A DNA stretch of 64,000 nucleotides. It comes from Mobula hypostoma. Lineage: Eukaryota. Both the position numbers and the translations under genes were made by a program. Positions 50,700 to 63,835 of the stretch are shown here, one piece after another. The first letter of the stretch is position 1. Every line of letters starts with the position of its first letter. The stretch spans positions 142,788,001-142,852,000 of the forward strand of contig NC_086097.1 of the NCBI RefSeq assembly GCF_963921235.1. Direction: 5' to 3'. Below the pieces are notes generated by a model, which was not told the DNA's origin, searched no databases, and was given only the letters and a program-made list of their open reading frames with translations.

Positions 50700-51420
50700 C
50701 CTTCAGATCTCAGAAATGCACGCCCAGGCTCATGGTGACTGGGAATGCTTTTCTCTACTGAAAGATCCTCTATCGCTGGCCGATTTATCGACTGATCAGC
50801 TCTTCCCCCGACCCCGGCTGGTAATCAGTTGTGGCTTCGCTGCCATTTTAGGAGGGCAAAATGAGCGCCAGTCTGAAGACCTGGGCCTCAAATCCGGGCA
50901 ATGGAGCACGTTGTGGGCCCACTCCCCCCACCCTCCGTCCATTGTATACCGGCCTAAAGCATAAACCCCGCTGATTAAAAGATGTGTGTTCCCTTCCTAC
51001 CCTCGCCTCCTGGGGCACGATTCCATGAGACTGTAGGTCAGCTTCCGACATCTTAGCAAGGCTTCCCCTCGTAAGTGATCGCGAGCGCCTGGGCCGTTTC
51101 ACCTGCCGGGTGCGCTGCTCGCGGAGCCAGGCCGGTGGTTGGGACATCTCCCGCAGAAGCGTGCGTAAATGCAGCCGGGCGACACTGGAAACCGAGGGTA
51201 ATTTGCGAATGGTCATTAATGTGAAATGTGCCTTCCTCACAGACTTGGATGGGGCAGATATTGGTAGATAAAAGGGGCGAATTTTTTTTAAAACACCTCA
51301 TTTCGGGAACTGCAGGTAGGAAACATTAGTTCTCTCAGCATCTCTACTAAGATTTTGGAGTGCCGATTGCACCTACATTACAAACCAGATATAGGCTCGC
51401 TGGCGGCGATTACTAACATT
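50700..51420. promoter_or_regulatory. CpG-rich unique region, putative promoter/first exon(s)
   Basis: CpG density far above the flanks and no TE motifs; YY1-like cgctgccatttt 50838-50849, ETS/YY1-like cttccgacatctt 51042-51054, TCGCGA 51079-51084, donor gtaagt 51071. Confidence 0.65.
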
Positions 51421-51701
51421 TTCGGTCCTACATTTTAAGGCTGTCGGCAAAAGATCTGGCTCAACAAATTACGAGATTAAAAACTTTTTTTTTCATGAAT
51501 TTAATGGATTGTATAGCTGTCTGTAAAGGGCAGTGTGGAATAATAGTGAACAAGTCCACTGAGAAAGGTATATACATTTTCTGAGAAATTTAATGGTCGG
51601 GTTGACCCTAATGGAGAAACTGTGTCTGGGGAAATGAGATTAAATTAGCAGCAGTAGTGCATCTGTGGTTGTGCAAGTTCTGCAAGCTAAGATTATTATA
51701 T

Positions 51702-53257
51702 CAATACACACAAAATGCTGGAGGAACTCAACAAGCCAGGCTATGGAAAAAAAATACAGTCGACGTTTCCCGCCGAAACCCTTGGGTTGGGCAAAACTGG
51801 AGAAAAACAGCAGAGGAGTAGATTTGAAAGGTGAAGGGAGGATGTGAAACTTGGAGAGGAGGGATGAAGCAAAGAGCTAGAAAGTTGATTGGTGTAAGGG
51901 ACAGAAGGTCATGGAAGAAAGGGGGGACAGAGGAGCACCTGAGGGAGGCAATGGTTGGGCAAGGAGATAACGAGGCAAAAGGGGATGGGGGGGAGGCGTT
52001 ACTGGGTTTGAGAAATTGATGTTCATGCCATTGGGTTGGAGGCTACCCAAATGAAATATAAGGTGTTGTTCCTCCAACCTAAGTGTGGCTTTATCACAAC
52101 AGTGGAGGAGGCCATGGATGGACATATCAGAATGGAAATGGGAAGTGGAATTAAAATGGGTGGCCACTGGGAGATCCCACTTGCTCGGTGAAGCCGGACT
52201 CCCAGTCTGTGCTGGGTCTCACCAATATACAGGAGGCCACACTGAGAGCACTGTACACAGTTTATGACCCCAAGGACTGTTTGAGGCCCTGAATGGTAGT
52301 GAGGGAGGAGGTGTAGGGGCAGGTGTAGCACTTGTTCCGCTTGCAAGGATAAAGGCTAGGAGGGAGATCAGTATTAGAACACTACAGCACAGAAACAGGC
52401 CCTTCAGCCCATCTAGTCTGTGCCAGACCATTAAACTGCCTCAGCCTATCACCTTGCTGCCAGACCACAGTTTTTCCATACCCCTCCTATCCACATACCT
52501 ATCCCAATTTCTCTTAACTGTTATCTAACTTATATCTACCACTTGTGCTGGCAGATCATTCTACAATCTTACCATCCTGAGTGAAGATGTTCCCCTTAAA
52601 CATTTTACCTTTCACCCTTAACCATGACCTCTAGTTCTAGTCTCACACAAACTCAGTGGAAAAAGCCTACTTGCATTTACCCTATCTACACCCCTCATAA
52701 TTTTGTATACCTCTGTTAAATCTCCCCTCAGTCTTCTACAGGAATAAAGTCCTAATCTACAAGTCCTAACCTTTGAGAAAGGTAAAATTATAAAAATAGG
52801 GGAAAGATAGCCACTAGTCTTCAAGGTATAGATTCCAGCAAATCAATGGCTCAAAGCAGCACAACCTGGAGTACTCAGATTGAAAATCTGGCTAAATCGA
52901 GCTATAGCAACAATCTCTTACTTGACAGTGGGGAGGGACGAATGGAAAAGGGAGTTGCATAGGGAGCGATCCCTGCGGAAAGCCAAAAGTGGGGTGGGGG
53001 GGGGGAAGAAAGATGTGTTTGGTGGTGGGATCCAGTTGGAGCCGGCTGAAGTTTCAGAAAATTACATGCTGGATGTGGAGGCTGGTGGGGTGGTAGGTAA
53101 GGACAAGAGGAACCCTATCCCTGATAGGGTGGCCGGAGGATGGGGTAAGAGCAGATGTGTATGAAATGGAAGAGATGCAGTTGAGGGCAGCTTTGATGGT
53201 GGAGGAAGGGAAGCCCTTTCCTTTGAAAAAGGAGGACATCTCCTTCGTTCTAGAATG
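51702..53257 (-). mobile_element. Older Penelope-like fragment interrupted by a CR1 3' fragment (about 52375-52765)
   Basis: CSQCGLLYIGET, LEEQHLIFHLGSLQP, DRVPLVLTYHP; CR1 RRLRGDLTEVYKI. Confidence 0.85.
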
Positions 53258-53777
53258 AACAGAACCTGAAGATTATTATGTAGTTGGTTTGAATTTATGG
53301 GAGCGGGGAGAAGTGAAGAATTGGTTAGTCAGCAGAAAGTATCAGTTCTATGGAAGGAGTGGTCTGTTTTTATTTAATCAACAATCATCTGGAGGAGCTC
53401 AGCAAATTCAGCAGGAATTGTTGACATTTCGGGTTGAAACCCTACATGCATCAGGACTGAAAATGGGGAGGTGAAGTGGCCAGCAATACAGAGGACAAGG
53501 GAGTGAGGTGAATGGTGGATTGAAGAGGGGTATAAGATGACAGGGCAGATTGCACCAAATCAGGGAAGGGATCAGGAGTGGCTTTGGGAGACTCGAGCAA
53601 GTAAATAATAGAGGTAAGAATTGAGAGGTAGATAGATCAAGGTAGAGGGAGGGGAGTGTGAAGGCTGGAGACTACTATGGAAAGGGGGAAGTGGGAACAC
53701 AAAGGACAGACAGTGATGGAATCTGATAAGGGGGAGATAATGGGAACCCTTGGAGGCTTAGAGAGAGCCAAATGGCA

Positions 53778-54160
53778 GCACCTTCATGGACACTAGCCTC
53801 CATGACGTCCAGGATATCTTCAAGGAGCAAAGCCTCAAAGAGGCACCATCCATCATTAAGGACCTCCATCACCCAGGAAATTGCCTTCTCATTTCTACTA
53901 TGAAGGAGGGGGTACAGGAGCCTGAAGGCACACACTCAACACTTCAGGAACAGCTTCTTACCCTCTACCATCAGATTTCTGAATGGACTTCTAACCCATG
54001 AACACTAACTCACTACTTTTTTTTTTCTTTTTGCACTACTTTTAATTTTTAAATATATATCTATACTTCTTACTGTAATTTAGTTTTTATTATTATATAT
54101 TGCAATGTATTGCTGCTGCATAACAATAAACATGACTTTATTAAACCTGTTTCTGAGTCT
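53778..54160 (+). mobile_element. Rex1/Babar 3' end
   Basis: SIIKDLHHPG; 3'UTR ending ttaaacctgtttctgagtctg. Confidence 0.8.
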
Positions 54161-54285
54161 GAAACAGAATGGAGGGAGGAGGGAACTGTGTGTGTAGTGG
54201 GTGGATGAAGCCAGAAGAGTGATTCTGAAACAGAATGGAGGGAGGAGGGAACTGTGTGTAGTGGGTGGATGGAGCTAGAAGGGTG
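54157..54285. repeat. About 66-bp tandem duplication
   Basis: tctgaaacagaatggagggaggagggaactgtgtg...agtgggtggatg occurs twice. Confidence 0.9.
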
Positions 54286-54607
54286 AGGGTGACAAACGTG
54301 GGATGGAGGGGGGTGGGGTGGGGTGCTTTGAGAGGAAATGTACAAAATCGGAGGATCGGAAGGGACAGAGGTTACAGTGGTTCTCATTGTAAAAGAAAAT
54401 GTGGCAAAGTCAGCCCTCCCAGAGCTTGCGGATAAACTACCACAATCCTCCTTGCTATTTTGCATGGTTTCTCATCACACCTAATTTTCATAAATTTAGG
54501 TTTTGCAGTTACTATTGTAACTGTACTCTAAATCCATACTAAATCAGCAATTGAATTTTGATCATACAGTGAAATAACATACAATGTAGGCTGTGGTCTG
54601 AACCATG

Positions 54608-55629
54608 ACTTTTTTTCTTGTAACTTGGAATGTAATGACATTGAAGATTGGAGGGTGGCTTGTTCTTGATAGTTGAGGTGATCATTCCTGGTTTCTTCTT
54701 TATGGTTATTGGTTGGGGCTGCCCCATGGCTTTGGTATAATTGTGCTGAAAGGAAGGAAAAATTCATATAGTGAAATAACATGCCATTTAACAGGAGGCA
54801 TAATATTCTGTTATAAACAACTCTAGCATTTTGCATTGAGTATTGGACATTAGGTCTTTGGGGGTATAAATCTGAAACACACTGCCACTAAAAAAATGAG
54901 TGCTGAGTCAACTGAAACTTTCAAGACTGAGATCCATAGTTGTATGACATTAGTTAACTCACTGTGAATTAGGGATAGAACTTTGAACCATAAAAAGGGA
55001 TAAACTTACTCAGAACAGGCTGGGTACTTAACGCTAATGCTTTGGATAAGCACCATCCAAATTTTCAGCTTTGTATCTGAAAACTGTTTCTGAGAACAGT
55101 TTCAAAGTAAAGATAAAGACACTTCTATTCAGTGAAGCACAATATGATCTTAAATACTTTATTAAACTTTGTACAGTACTTATTTTCAGAAGGGCCTGGC
55201 TTTAATTTTTTTGCCAGTAATTTCAGTCTCTATCTCAAAACTAAATAATATATTCTTCATGCAGAAGACATGACTGGGTTCCTTTTGGTCACTTTTTTTC
55301 TTGTAACTTGGAATTTAATGACATTGAAGATTGGAGGGTGGCTTGTTCTTGATAGTTGAGGTGATCATTCCTGGTTTCTTCTTTATGGTTATCGGTTGGG
55401 ACTGCCCCATGGCTTTGGTATAATTGTGCTGAAAGGAAGGAAAAATTAATATAGTGAAATAACATGCCATTTAACAGGAGGCATAATATTCTGTTATAAA
55501 CAAATCTAGCATATTGCATTGAGTATTGGACATTAGGTCTTTGGGGGTATAAATCTGAAACACACTGCCACTAAAAAAATGAATGTTGAATCAACTGAAA
55601 CTTTCAAGACTGAGATCCATACTTGTATG
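54608..55629. repeat. 339-bp direct duplication (54608-54946 and 55291-55629) around a 344-bp unique spacer
   Basis: Colinear copies offset by 683 bp, differing by scattered substitutions. Confidence 0.95.
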
Positions 55630-57232
55630 TTGACTAAGGATGTGGAACAAAGGAAAGTAAATAGTTTGAAGAATGGAAGTAAAACTAGACCCTTACGAAT
55701 CCTTGCAGCATCTGGTGACGCTGTAATCTCTGTCTCAGGCCGAAGTCAACATCTTTCAAGGGAGTGTATCTTTGCAAGGCGTCAGGCCCCAATGGTGTAC
55801 CTGATAGGGCACTGAAAACCTGTGCCAATCAACTAGTGTTCAAGGATATCTTCAATCACTCAGTGCTGTAGTTGGAGGTTCCCACCTGTTCGAAAGGGTG
55901 TCAAACATATCAGTGCCCAAGTAGAGCAGAATGAGCTGCTTGAATGATTATTGCCCAGCTGCACTCACATCTACTGTGATGAAGTGCTTTGAGAAGTTGG
56001 TCGTGGACAGAATTAATTCCTGCCTAAGCACGGACCTGGACTCACTTCATTTTGCCTACCGGCACAATAGGTCTACAGCAGATGCAATCTCACTGGCTAT
56101 CCATTCGGTCTTGAACCACGGAGCCAGCAGCAATACCTACACCAAGCTGCTGTTTATTGATTTCAGTTCAGTGTTCAACACCATCATCGCCTCAGTATTA
56201 ACCAATAATTTTCAAAACTTTGGGCTTCTGTACCTCCCTCTGCAACTGGACCCTTTATTTCCTTATTGGAGATCACAGTCAATGCAGATTGGAAAAACAT
56301 CTCCCCCTCACTGACAATGAGCATCGGCGAATCTCAAAGATGTGTGCTTAGCCTGCTGCTCTCTCTACATCCATGACCATGTGTCTAGGCACAGCTCAAA
56401 CACTATCTATAAGTTTGCCAAGACACAACTGTTGTTGGCAGAATCTTAGATGGTGATGAGGAGGCGTACAGCAGTGGGATATATTGTCTGGTTGAGTGGT
56501 GTTGCAACAATAACCTTGCACTCAATATCAATAAGACTAAGGAATTGATTGTGGACTTCAGAAAGGCAACTCGAAAGAAGACACACCAGTTCTCATCAAG
56601 GGATTAGTAGTGGACAGGGATGAGCAGTTTCAAGTTCCTGGGTGTCAACATCTCTGAACATTTATCCTGGGCCCAACATATTGATGCAGTTATGAAGAAA
56701 GCACCCTAGTGGTAAGTAGAGCAAACTCATCTTCAGATTCCTAGACCTGGGACTCAATACCACCCCCCACCCTTTCATCTGGATTGTTGACTTCCTGTCC
56801 AACACACTGCAATCAGTAAGGATAGGCAGCAACACCTTCACTATGATTATCCTCAGTGCTGGTGCCCCACAAGGCTGTATGCTCAGTCCTCTACTTTACT
56901 CCTTAAACTATGAGTCAGAATACGGGAAGAAATATAGAGCCAAGCCATGTCAACAACCTTTACCTCAGTGTCAGCAAAACAAAAGAGCTGGTCATTGATT
57001 ACAGGAAGGGACATCAATGGAACTGAGGATGACATGCTTGAGAGCTTCATGTTCCAGGATTAAACATCACTCTTAGCCTGTAGTCGTCCAAACACATAGA
57101 TACCATAACCAAGAAAGCACACAAGTGCTTCTACTTCTATAGGAGGCTAAAGAAATTTGGCATGTCCCCGTTGACCATCCATTACCAATTTTTACAGATA
57201 TACTATAATAAATCAACCTATTCATTTGCATT

Positions 57233-58291
57233 CAACATTCATCAAAGTTGCTGGTGAACGCAGCAGGCCAAGCAGCATCTATAGGAAGAGGTGCAGTGGA
57301 CGTTTCAGGCCGAGACCCTTCGTCAGGACTAACTGAAGGAAGAGTGAGTAAGGGATTTGAAAGTTGGAGGGGGAGGGGGAGATCCAAAATGATAGGAGAA
57401 GACGGGGGGGGGGCGGTGGATAGAGCCGAGAGCTGGACAGGTGATAGGCAAAAAGGGATACGAGAGGATCATGGGACAGGAGGTCCGGGAAGAAAGACAA
57501 GGGGGGGGGTTGACCCAGAGGATGGGCAAGAGGTATATTCAGAGGGACAGAGGGAGAAAAAGGAGAGTGAGAGAAAGAATGTGTGCATAAAAATGAGTAA
57601 CAGACGGGGTACGAGGGGGAGGTGGGGCCTTAGCGGAAGTTAGAGAAGTCGATGTTCATGCCATCAGGTTGGAGGCTACCCAGACGGAATATAAGGTGTT
57701 GTTCCTCCAACCTGAGTGTGGCTTCATCTCCACAGTAGAGGAGGCCGTGGACAGACATGTCAGAATGGGAATGGGATGTGGAATTAAAATGTGTGGCCAC
57801 TGGGAGATCCTGCTTTCTCTGGCGGACAGAGCGTAGATGTTCAGCAAAGCGGTCTCCCAGTCTGCGTCGGGTCTCACCAATATATAAAAGGCCACATCAG
57901 GAGCACCGGACGCAGTATATCACCCCAGTCGACTCACAGGTGAAGTGATGCCTCACCTGGAAGGACTGTTTGGGGCCCTGAATGGTGGTAAGGGAGGAAG
58001 TGTAAGGGCATGTGTAGCACTTGTTCCGCTTAGTGCCAGGAGGGAGATCAGTGGGGAGGGATGGGGGGGGACGAATGGACAAGGAAGTTGTGTAGGGAGC
58101 GATCCCTGCGGAATGCAGAGAGAGGGGGGGAGGGAAAGATGTGCTTAGTGGTGGGATCCCGTTGGAGGTGGCTGAAGTTACGGAGAATAATATGTTGGAC
58201 CCGGAGGCTGGTGGGGTGGTAGGTGAGGACCAGGGAAACCCTATTCCTAGTGGGGTGGTGGGAGGATGGAGTGAGAGCAGATGTACGTGAA
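57233..58291 (-). mobile_element. Young 5'-truncated Penelope-like element (GIY-YIG and terminal repeat)
   Basis: Very similar to about 33640-34692; 13-bp TSD attcatttgcatt at 57220-57232 and 58292-58304. Confidence 0.95.
57294..57331 (-). ncRNA. Minimal hammerhead ribozyme motif
   Basis: Reverse strand tagtc-CTGACGA-agggtctcggcct-GAAAC-GTC-cactg (one stem I mismatch). Confidence 0.7.
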
Positions 58292-60031
58292 ATTCATTTG
58301 CATTACCGCTTTGTATGGCAACTGCTCTCCCCAAGATGACCATGTAAGAGAGACTAGATTACAGGGAAATAGGTGATGGAATAGGACTGATGGGAATGCT
58401 CTGGAAGCTGGCCTTGTTTAAGTGGGCCTCCTGAGTTCTGAGACCAAAATGAAAACTACACTCTTCCTTCATGAGCCTAAAGATCTGCCTCTATTTCTGC
58501 CAATCCTGAGATCAGTTAATATTTAGATGGTAGCACATCCTTGAGTCCAAGTATTACTCTTTATGGAAGTGTTGAGAGCAAGTGTCTGGATATTTAAAAA
58601 CAAATGCTTTAAATTTAACCAATCTGCCAATCATGTGATTGATGGCCATTAGTTGGTCTGAGTTCGTGATTTTCAACCTTTGCATTTGATATCTTTGGAA
58701 TTTCAAGAATCTGATTCAGCAATAACAGAATACTGAACCAGCACTTGTACAATAACAGCTTTGACAAAATATGTTTTCCAATAAATGTAGCTACCAAAAT
58801 TCTGGCAAGATATTATAGAACAAACCACAGGCAGCAGGCATAGTATGTTAGTAGTAGGGCAGACAGCTGACCAAACTTGTGGCTCTCTCCTGGGAAGCAC
58901 CAGTTTCTTAAGTATCAGTTCCAATTCTCTGCTGAAAGCTTAAAATTAATTTCACTGCTGTAAAACTTCTATTCATTGCTGTGTTCCTAATTTTGTTTTG
59001 GTATTTATTGAGTTAATCCTTAAAAATGTAATGTATTCTGATCAGTCACACACCAAAGGGAAACATTCCATATTTGAGAGGTGGTCCAGTAGCTAAAAAT
59101 CTTGGACTATTATCCAGAAATGTAAATAGAAATTCTATCTTGGTATCTTGGTATCTTGGGAAAATTTTTAAAGGACGCTGAAGCTTAGAGAGTATTACTA
59201 AATGTGATCATGAGTTGATGTAAAAATCCAGCTATTTCACACTGTCTTAGGTAAGGTGGTCTGGTTGCACCTGTGACTATAGTCCCATATCAATGCAGCT
59301 GATTCATAACTTTAAAGCTGTACAAGATATTTCGGCACTGACGAGGGCGATTTATTCTGTTGAATCTGTGCTGGCAATTTGCAAAGCAATACAGGTAGTT
59401 GCAATATTCCTTTCTCTGGAACCTTGCAAATGATCTTCCCTCAAATACTTTAAAAAACCCTGATTGGATGCATTCCTTTCATCCTTACAGCACATTATTT
59501 CAAGAACTTAGAAAACTCCCACTTTTGCTCCTTATATTCTGCTAATCACTTTAAATATGTGTACTTTGATCCCTAAGTTATTTCCTAAGGAGAATAACTC
59601 ATATCTTCCTATCTGAACCCATAACGTTCTTGTAAACGTCTTATATGTCCATGGAACACTCTCTGCTCCAAAGATCAATCCAAGTTCTTCCTCCTGTTCA
59701 ATACTTTTGTGTGGAAGTTCCTCATCTCAGGAATTTTATTTACAAATCTTCTTTGCATCTTTCCTAGAATTTTTACAATCTTCCTAAAGTGTTGCCAATG
59801 TAATTATATGCAATATTCCAGTTGGAGCCCAGTCACTATTGTAGAAGTTCAATTTTTTTTTATCAAATCAGAACAAATCGCAGTGCAGAAGGACCTCATA
59901 CAGCTACTCAGGCCCTTCTTTTGGCCAAAACATTGAACCATTTGGGTTACTGTCACTTCTCATAGAGAAATATGGCATCAAAACTTGCCCTTCAGTCTTT
60001 ACGCTCATCCCATTTATTTCCCACTTTCTAG

Positions 60032-60061
60032 CAATTTCTCCAAAGGCTAAAGAGGCTGAAG
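60032..60061 (+). other. Candidate 30-nt microexon
   Basis: cccatttatttcccactttctag| ... AAG|gtgagt; QFLQRLKRLK or ISPKAKEAE. Confidence 0.4.
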
Positions 60062-61017
60062 GTGAGTAGCCTTGCAGATTGCTATTACTTAAATGATCAT
60101 ACAGATATTTTTTAAATGTGATGTTATGATGGAATCTGAGAACTGCATCTTTATCTTCCAAAGAGAAACCATTGATAGGCTTTGGCAGCAAACCTACAAC
60201 TAATGAACTAAAATAATGAACATTCTTTGTGATAATTCTACTGTCTCAGAAAACTGGTGTCCTTTAGTCATCTAAATCGCAGAAAAAAAATTAAAACCCC
60301 TATTTACGTTTTCTCTTGGACTTTTCCTAAATCCATGTTCTGAAGGACAGCCGGTCAGAATGTGATGCACCAGACAGAATTCTAAATCACCGCTGCATAA
60401 AAACTGAAGACTGCATCCTGAAATTTTGACAACTTCATATGTTGTCTGTTTCATAGGTGAAAACGAAACAAAGGAGAGATGGCATTGGTTATGCTGATTA
60501 AGCAAACAACAACAAAGGAAATATAATAAAAATACATTAAAGTAAGAAAGGTTTTGCTTGTTGGGGGAAGAAATTTTCTATCAGTATTTCTAGAAGCAGA
60601 ACACTGAAAGCAGGTTTTATGCATTAATTCTGGTGGAAAACCATTGTTTTCCTTTTCCCATTTACAGTACATCATTAACGTTTGCATCATTTAACATAGC
60701 CAGTTAACTTTATTTAAAGGCTTTGGTTCTGCATCTGTTGACCTTGAGAGAGAAGTTGCTGAGAAAGTGGGGAGAATTAAAATGGTTTAGTGTAAATGGG
60801 TGGTTAATGCTCCGCACGGACTTGGTGGGCAGAAGGGCAAGGTATTGTGCTGTATTTCTCATTGTTTTTACTTCATCAGTGCTTAAAAGTATATCAGTTT
60901 TGGCTAATCTCTGAATAAATGCTTTCAATGTGGAATAAAGAAGTCACTAATTTACTTCCATTTGACAGTACAATGAAGATTTTTCTTAATAAGTAACTCT
61001 TGGTCTGAATCTCTTAC

Positions 61018-61148
61018 CAAGCACTATCCACATCTTCACCTACCCGTTGTTCCAGCTTCATTTGTGCTTTGTAAAATGACACTGACTCTGGATTCAACAT
61101 CAGGATTTCATGTTGGATGCGCTGGAATTTCTCTTTATCATCTTCTTC
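61018..61148 (-). CDS. Candidate coding exon (131 nt, phase 0-2)
   Basis: cttcatcatttag| ... TG|gtaaga; only one frame is open: EEDDKEKFQRIQHEILMLNPESVSFYKAQMKLEQRVGEDVDSA. Confidence 0.5.
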
Positions 61149-61371
61149 CTAAATGATGAAGTCACAAGATATTTAAATGGATAATATGCACCAATATTCT
61201 CCTCTCTTGAAGTTGATTTATTTTGCTAAGGAATGAGATAAATTTTTTCAGGTTTTTCCTGCAGCAACACCAAGCACAGTACTTATTAAACATTTCCCTT
61301 TTGCCATTTAACATTTTCCTTTATTTTTCTTCCAACTTCAAAATTGGATTTATTAAGCAATTGGCTTTCAT

Positions 61372-61917
61372 TGGCTTTATAAGGCATTGGTCATACTGCA
61401 CTTGGAATATTGTGAGCATTTTGGGCCCCACATCTAAAAAGCTGTGCTGGCATTAGAGATGGTCCAGAGGAGGTTCATAAAAATGATTAGGGTAATGAAA
61501 GGGTTAATGTATGAGGAGCATTTGATGGCTCTGGGCCTGTACTCACTGGAGTTTAGAAGAATGGGGGTGGGGGGAATCTCATTGAAACCCATCAAACACT
61601 GAAGGGTGTAGACAGAGTGGATGTTTCCAATAGTGGGGGAGTCTAGGCCCAGAGGGCACAGCCTCAGAATAGAGGGACGTCCACTTAGAATGGAGATGAG
61701 GAGGAATTTTATCCAGAGGGTAGTGAAATTGTGGAATTTATTGCCATTGGATATATTTAAAGCGGAGGTTGATAGATTCTTGATTAGTCAAGGTTATAGG
61801 GAGAAGGAAGAATAATGGAATTAATAAATCTACCATGATGGAATGGTGGAACAGATTTGATAGGCCAAATGGCCTAATTTTGTTCTTATGTCTTATGGTC
61901 TTATGGTATTTATGGCT
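61372..61917 (+). mobile_element. CR1 3' fragment
   Basis: MFPIVGESRPRGHSLRI; (tcttatgg)n tail. Confidence 0.88.
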
Positions 61918-62996
61918 TAATTCAAATAGAATGGGGTTTCAATAGCTACTGCAATCAATTCCTACATAAATTTTTTAAACTCTTCTTCAATCTATGCAGC
62001 ATGCCAATATCATTATTCCTCTACTTAAATGGAACCTAACTGAATTGTATAGGATCCCATGTTCTGAAAGGTGATTTCTTGTTTGAGAACTAATTAATTG
62101 CTACTCCAAAGTCTTACTCATGTTAAAATCTGAACTTCCCAAGCAAGGATAGCATTCAGAAAATTATTATATAGTTTATCCCTTAAATTTCTTTCATCAT
62201 GTTGTATTGTCTGTTTTGATTTCCGTGTTCTGCTTTTATGCTATTTCTTACCTCAGGTGACAATACTCAATTTTTTAGTTGTGCTTTTCATGATTGAGTG
62301 TGCTAGATGTTCAAACAATGAACCAGGGAAGCAAATCACCATTTGTTGCTCTGGTGAAATATGCATATAATTCTACATGCAAATTCAGAACATCATAAGC
62401 TGCTTTTTCTCTACTTTCCCAGATAGGTTACAGAACTGCTCTAGGTTTGCCTGTTGCAAACAACTCATCTGTGTTATTAATCTCCAAGGAAGAAGAACAG
62501 TTAGAGACAACCGGGAATGACTGCTTCTTTCACGTTATCTTACCATGATTTATGTGCTACAGTTTAGGTATTGACACTTGTTTGCTAGTTGCTTAATAAA
62601 AAAAAAAGGACTCTTAAAGCTTGATTTTCAACTAGAATGACAACTTGTAAATGTTGCAAGAAACATCATCCAGAACCTGGATCTATGAGGAAAATGACTC
62701 ACAGTATCTACAACAGTCAATTTTTTTCATCTGGATGGACTTCCCAAGTGTATGGAGACCAAGCAACAGCAGGATTAGGTAGAATAAAATATTAAAGGGA
62801 ATAGGGAGGAAGTAGGTTAGATTAGTTGGCATTGAAAAGTATATAGGAAATGGGAAAGATTTAAATTGCACAGTATATGGAAGGGGTGCATTTACAATAA
62901 GTAGAATCAAAGAATCTGAGGATTAAGACCAAGCATGATATTGAAAGAAATGTACATGAATAGGAATGGGGTTAGATAAGGTAGAATAGTTAAATA

Positions 62997-63835
62997 CAGT
63001 GGATTCTGGTTAATTGGGACACATCAGGACCAGAACATTTATCCCCAATTAAGCGGCTGCCCCAATTGGCAGAAGTTTCATGAGAATAGTTAAAAAGATA
63101 TTAAAAAAAAGACAACTATTGTTTAACTCAGTAACAAAATATGTATTTAAATGAAATACAGAACAAATTGGAACACTACCAATACTACTACAGTACTATA
63201 AGACTGTGTATTTGTTCCTAATACTTATTGATGGAGGCATTCATCTAGTGTACACGGCACTGTTCTTTTGATTGAGTAAATTAACAAAATCAGCGCAGAC
63301 ACCTAGTACAGATAATGGATTGCCTTCATACAATTCTTTCGACGATTGTATCCAACAAATCTTTATTTTTCATTGTAACATTCAAGATGATTGTCAATAT
63401 ATTCAAATTCTTCATAGTTCCTAACTTGCTGAAGTGGTGAAATTGCTTCATTTTTACTCCCAGCCGTTTTTAGTATCTCAAAGCCTGTAACCTTGAAACC
63501 ACAGTGAGCAAAACAGTTCTGAATTGTCTTACTGTTTATTTCTTGAGAACCATCCGTGACAAAAATCACTGCTTTTTGAAAAATAACATATGCAATTGAT
63601 GCTATTTAAAAACTGTCTGCTCTATGCATGGTGTAGTGTCTAACAGCCACGAAAATGCAAAATGCCTGGCGCTAGTTAGAAACTGTTTGGCAGCAATTCC
63701 TGTCCCAATTAAGAGGCGCAGTGTCCCAAATAAACAAAGGTAATCTTGGCTATTTTCTCAATTTGTTTTTGTTATTTAAGGGTAATTAGTCAGCTGTCTC
63801 GATTAACCGATAGCTCATTTAACTGGAATCCACTG
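62997..63835 (-). mobile_element. Non-autonomous Tigger element with a transposase C-terminal remnant
   Basis: TA|cagtggattctggttaa...ttaactggaatccactg|TA; INSKTIQNCFAHCGF on the - strand. Confidence 0.88.

Larger units (their letters stand above)
55700..58345 (+). mobile_element. Rex1/Babar fragments (two joined pieces) interrupted by a Penelope insertion
   Basis: LTSTVMKCFEKLV, FAYRHNRSTADAI, LLFIDFSSVFNTI; second GAPQGC segment at about 56860. Confidence 0.85.

Noticed and set aside
50848..51240. 130-aa ORF in the CpG island
   Set aside because: GC-rich sequence is stop-poor and no homologous motif was recognised.
54700..58930. Four-helix cytokine identity for joined - strand candidate exons
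   Set aside because: Only vague resemblance, and the joins need weak donors; cannot be supported without a search.
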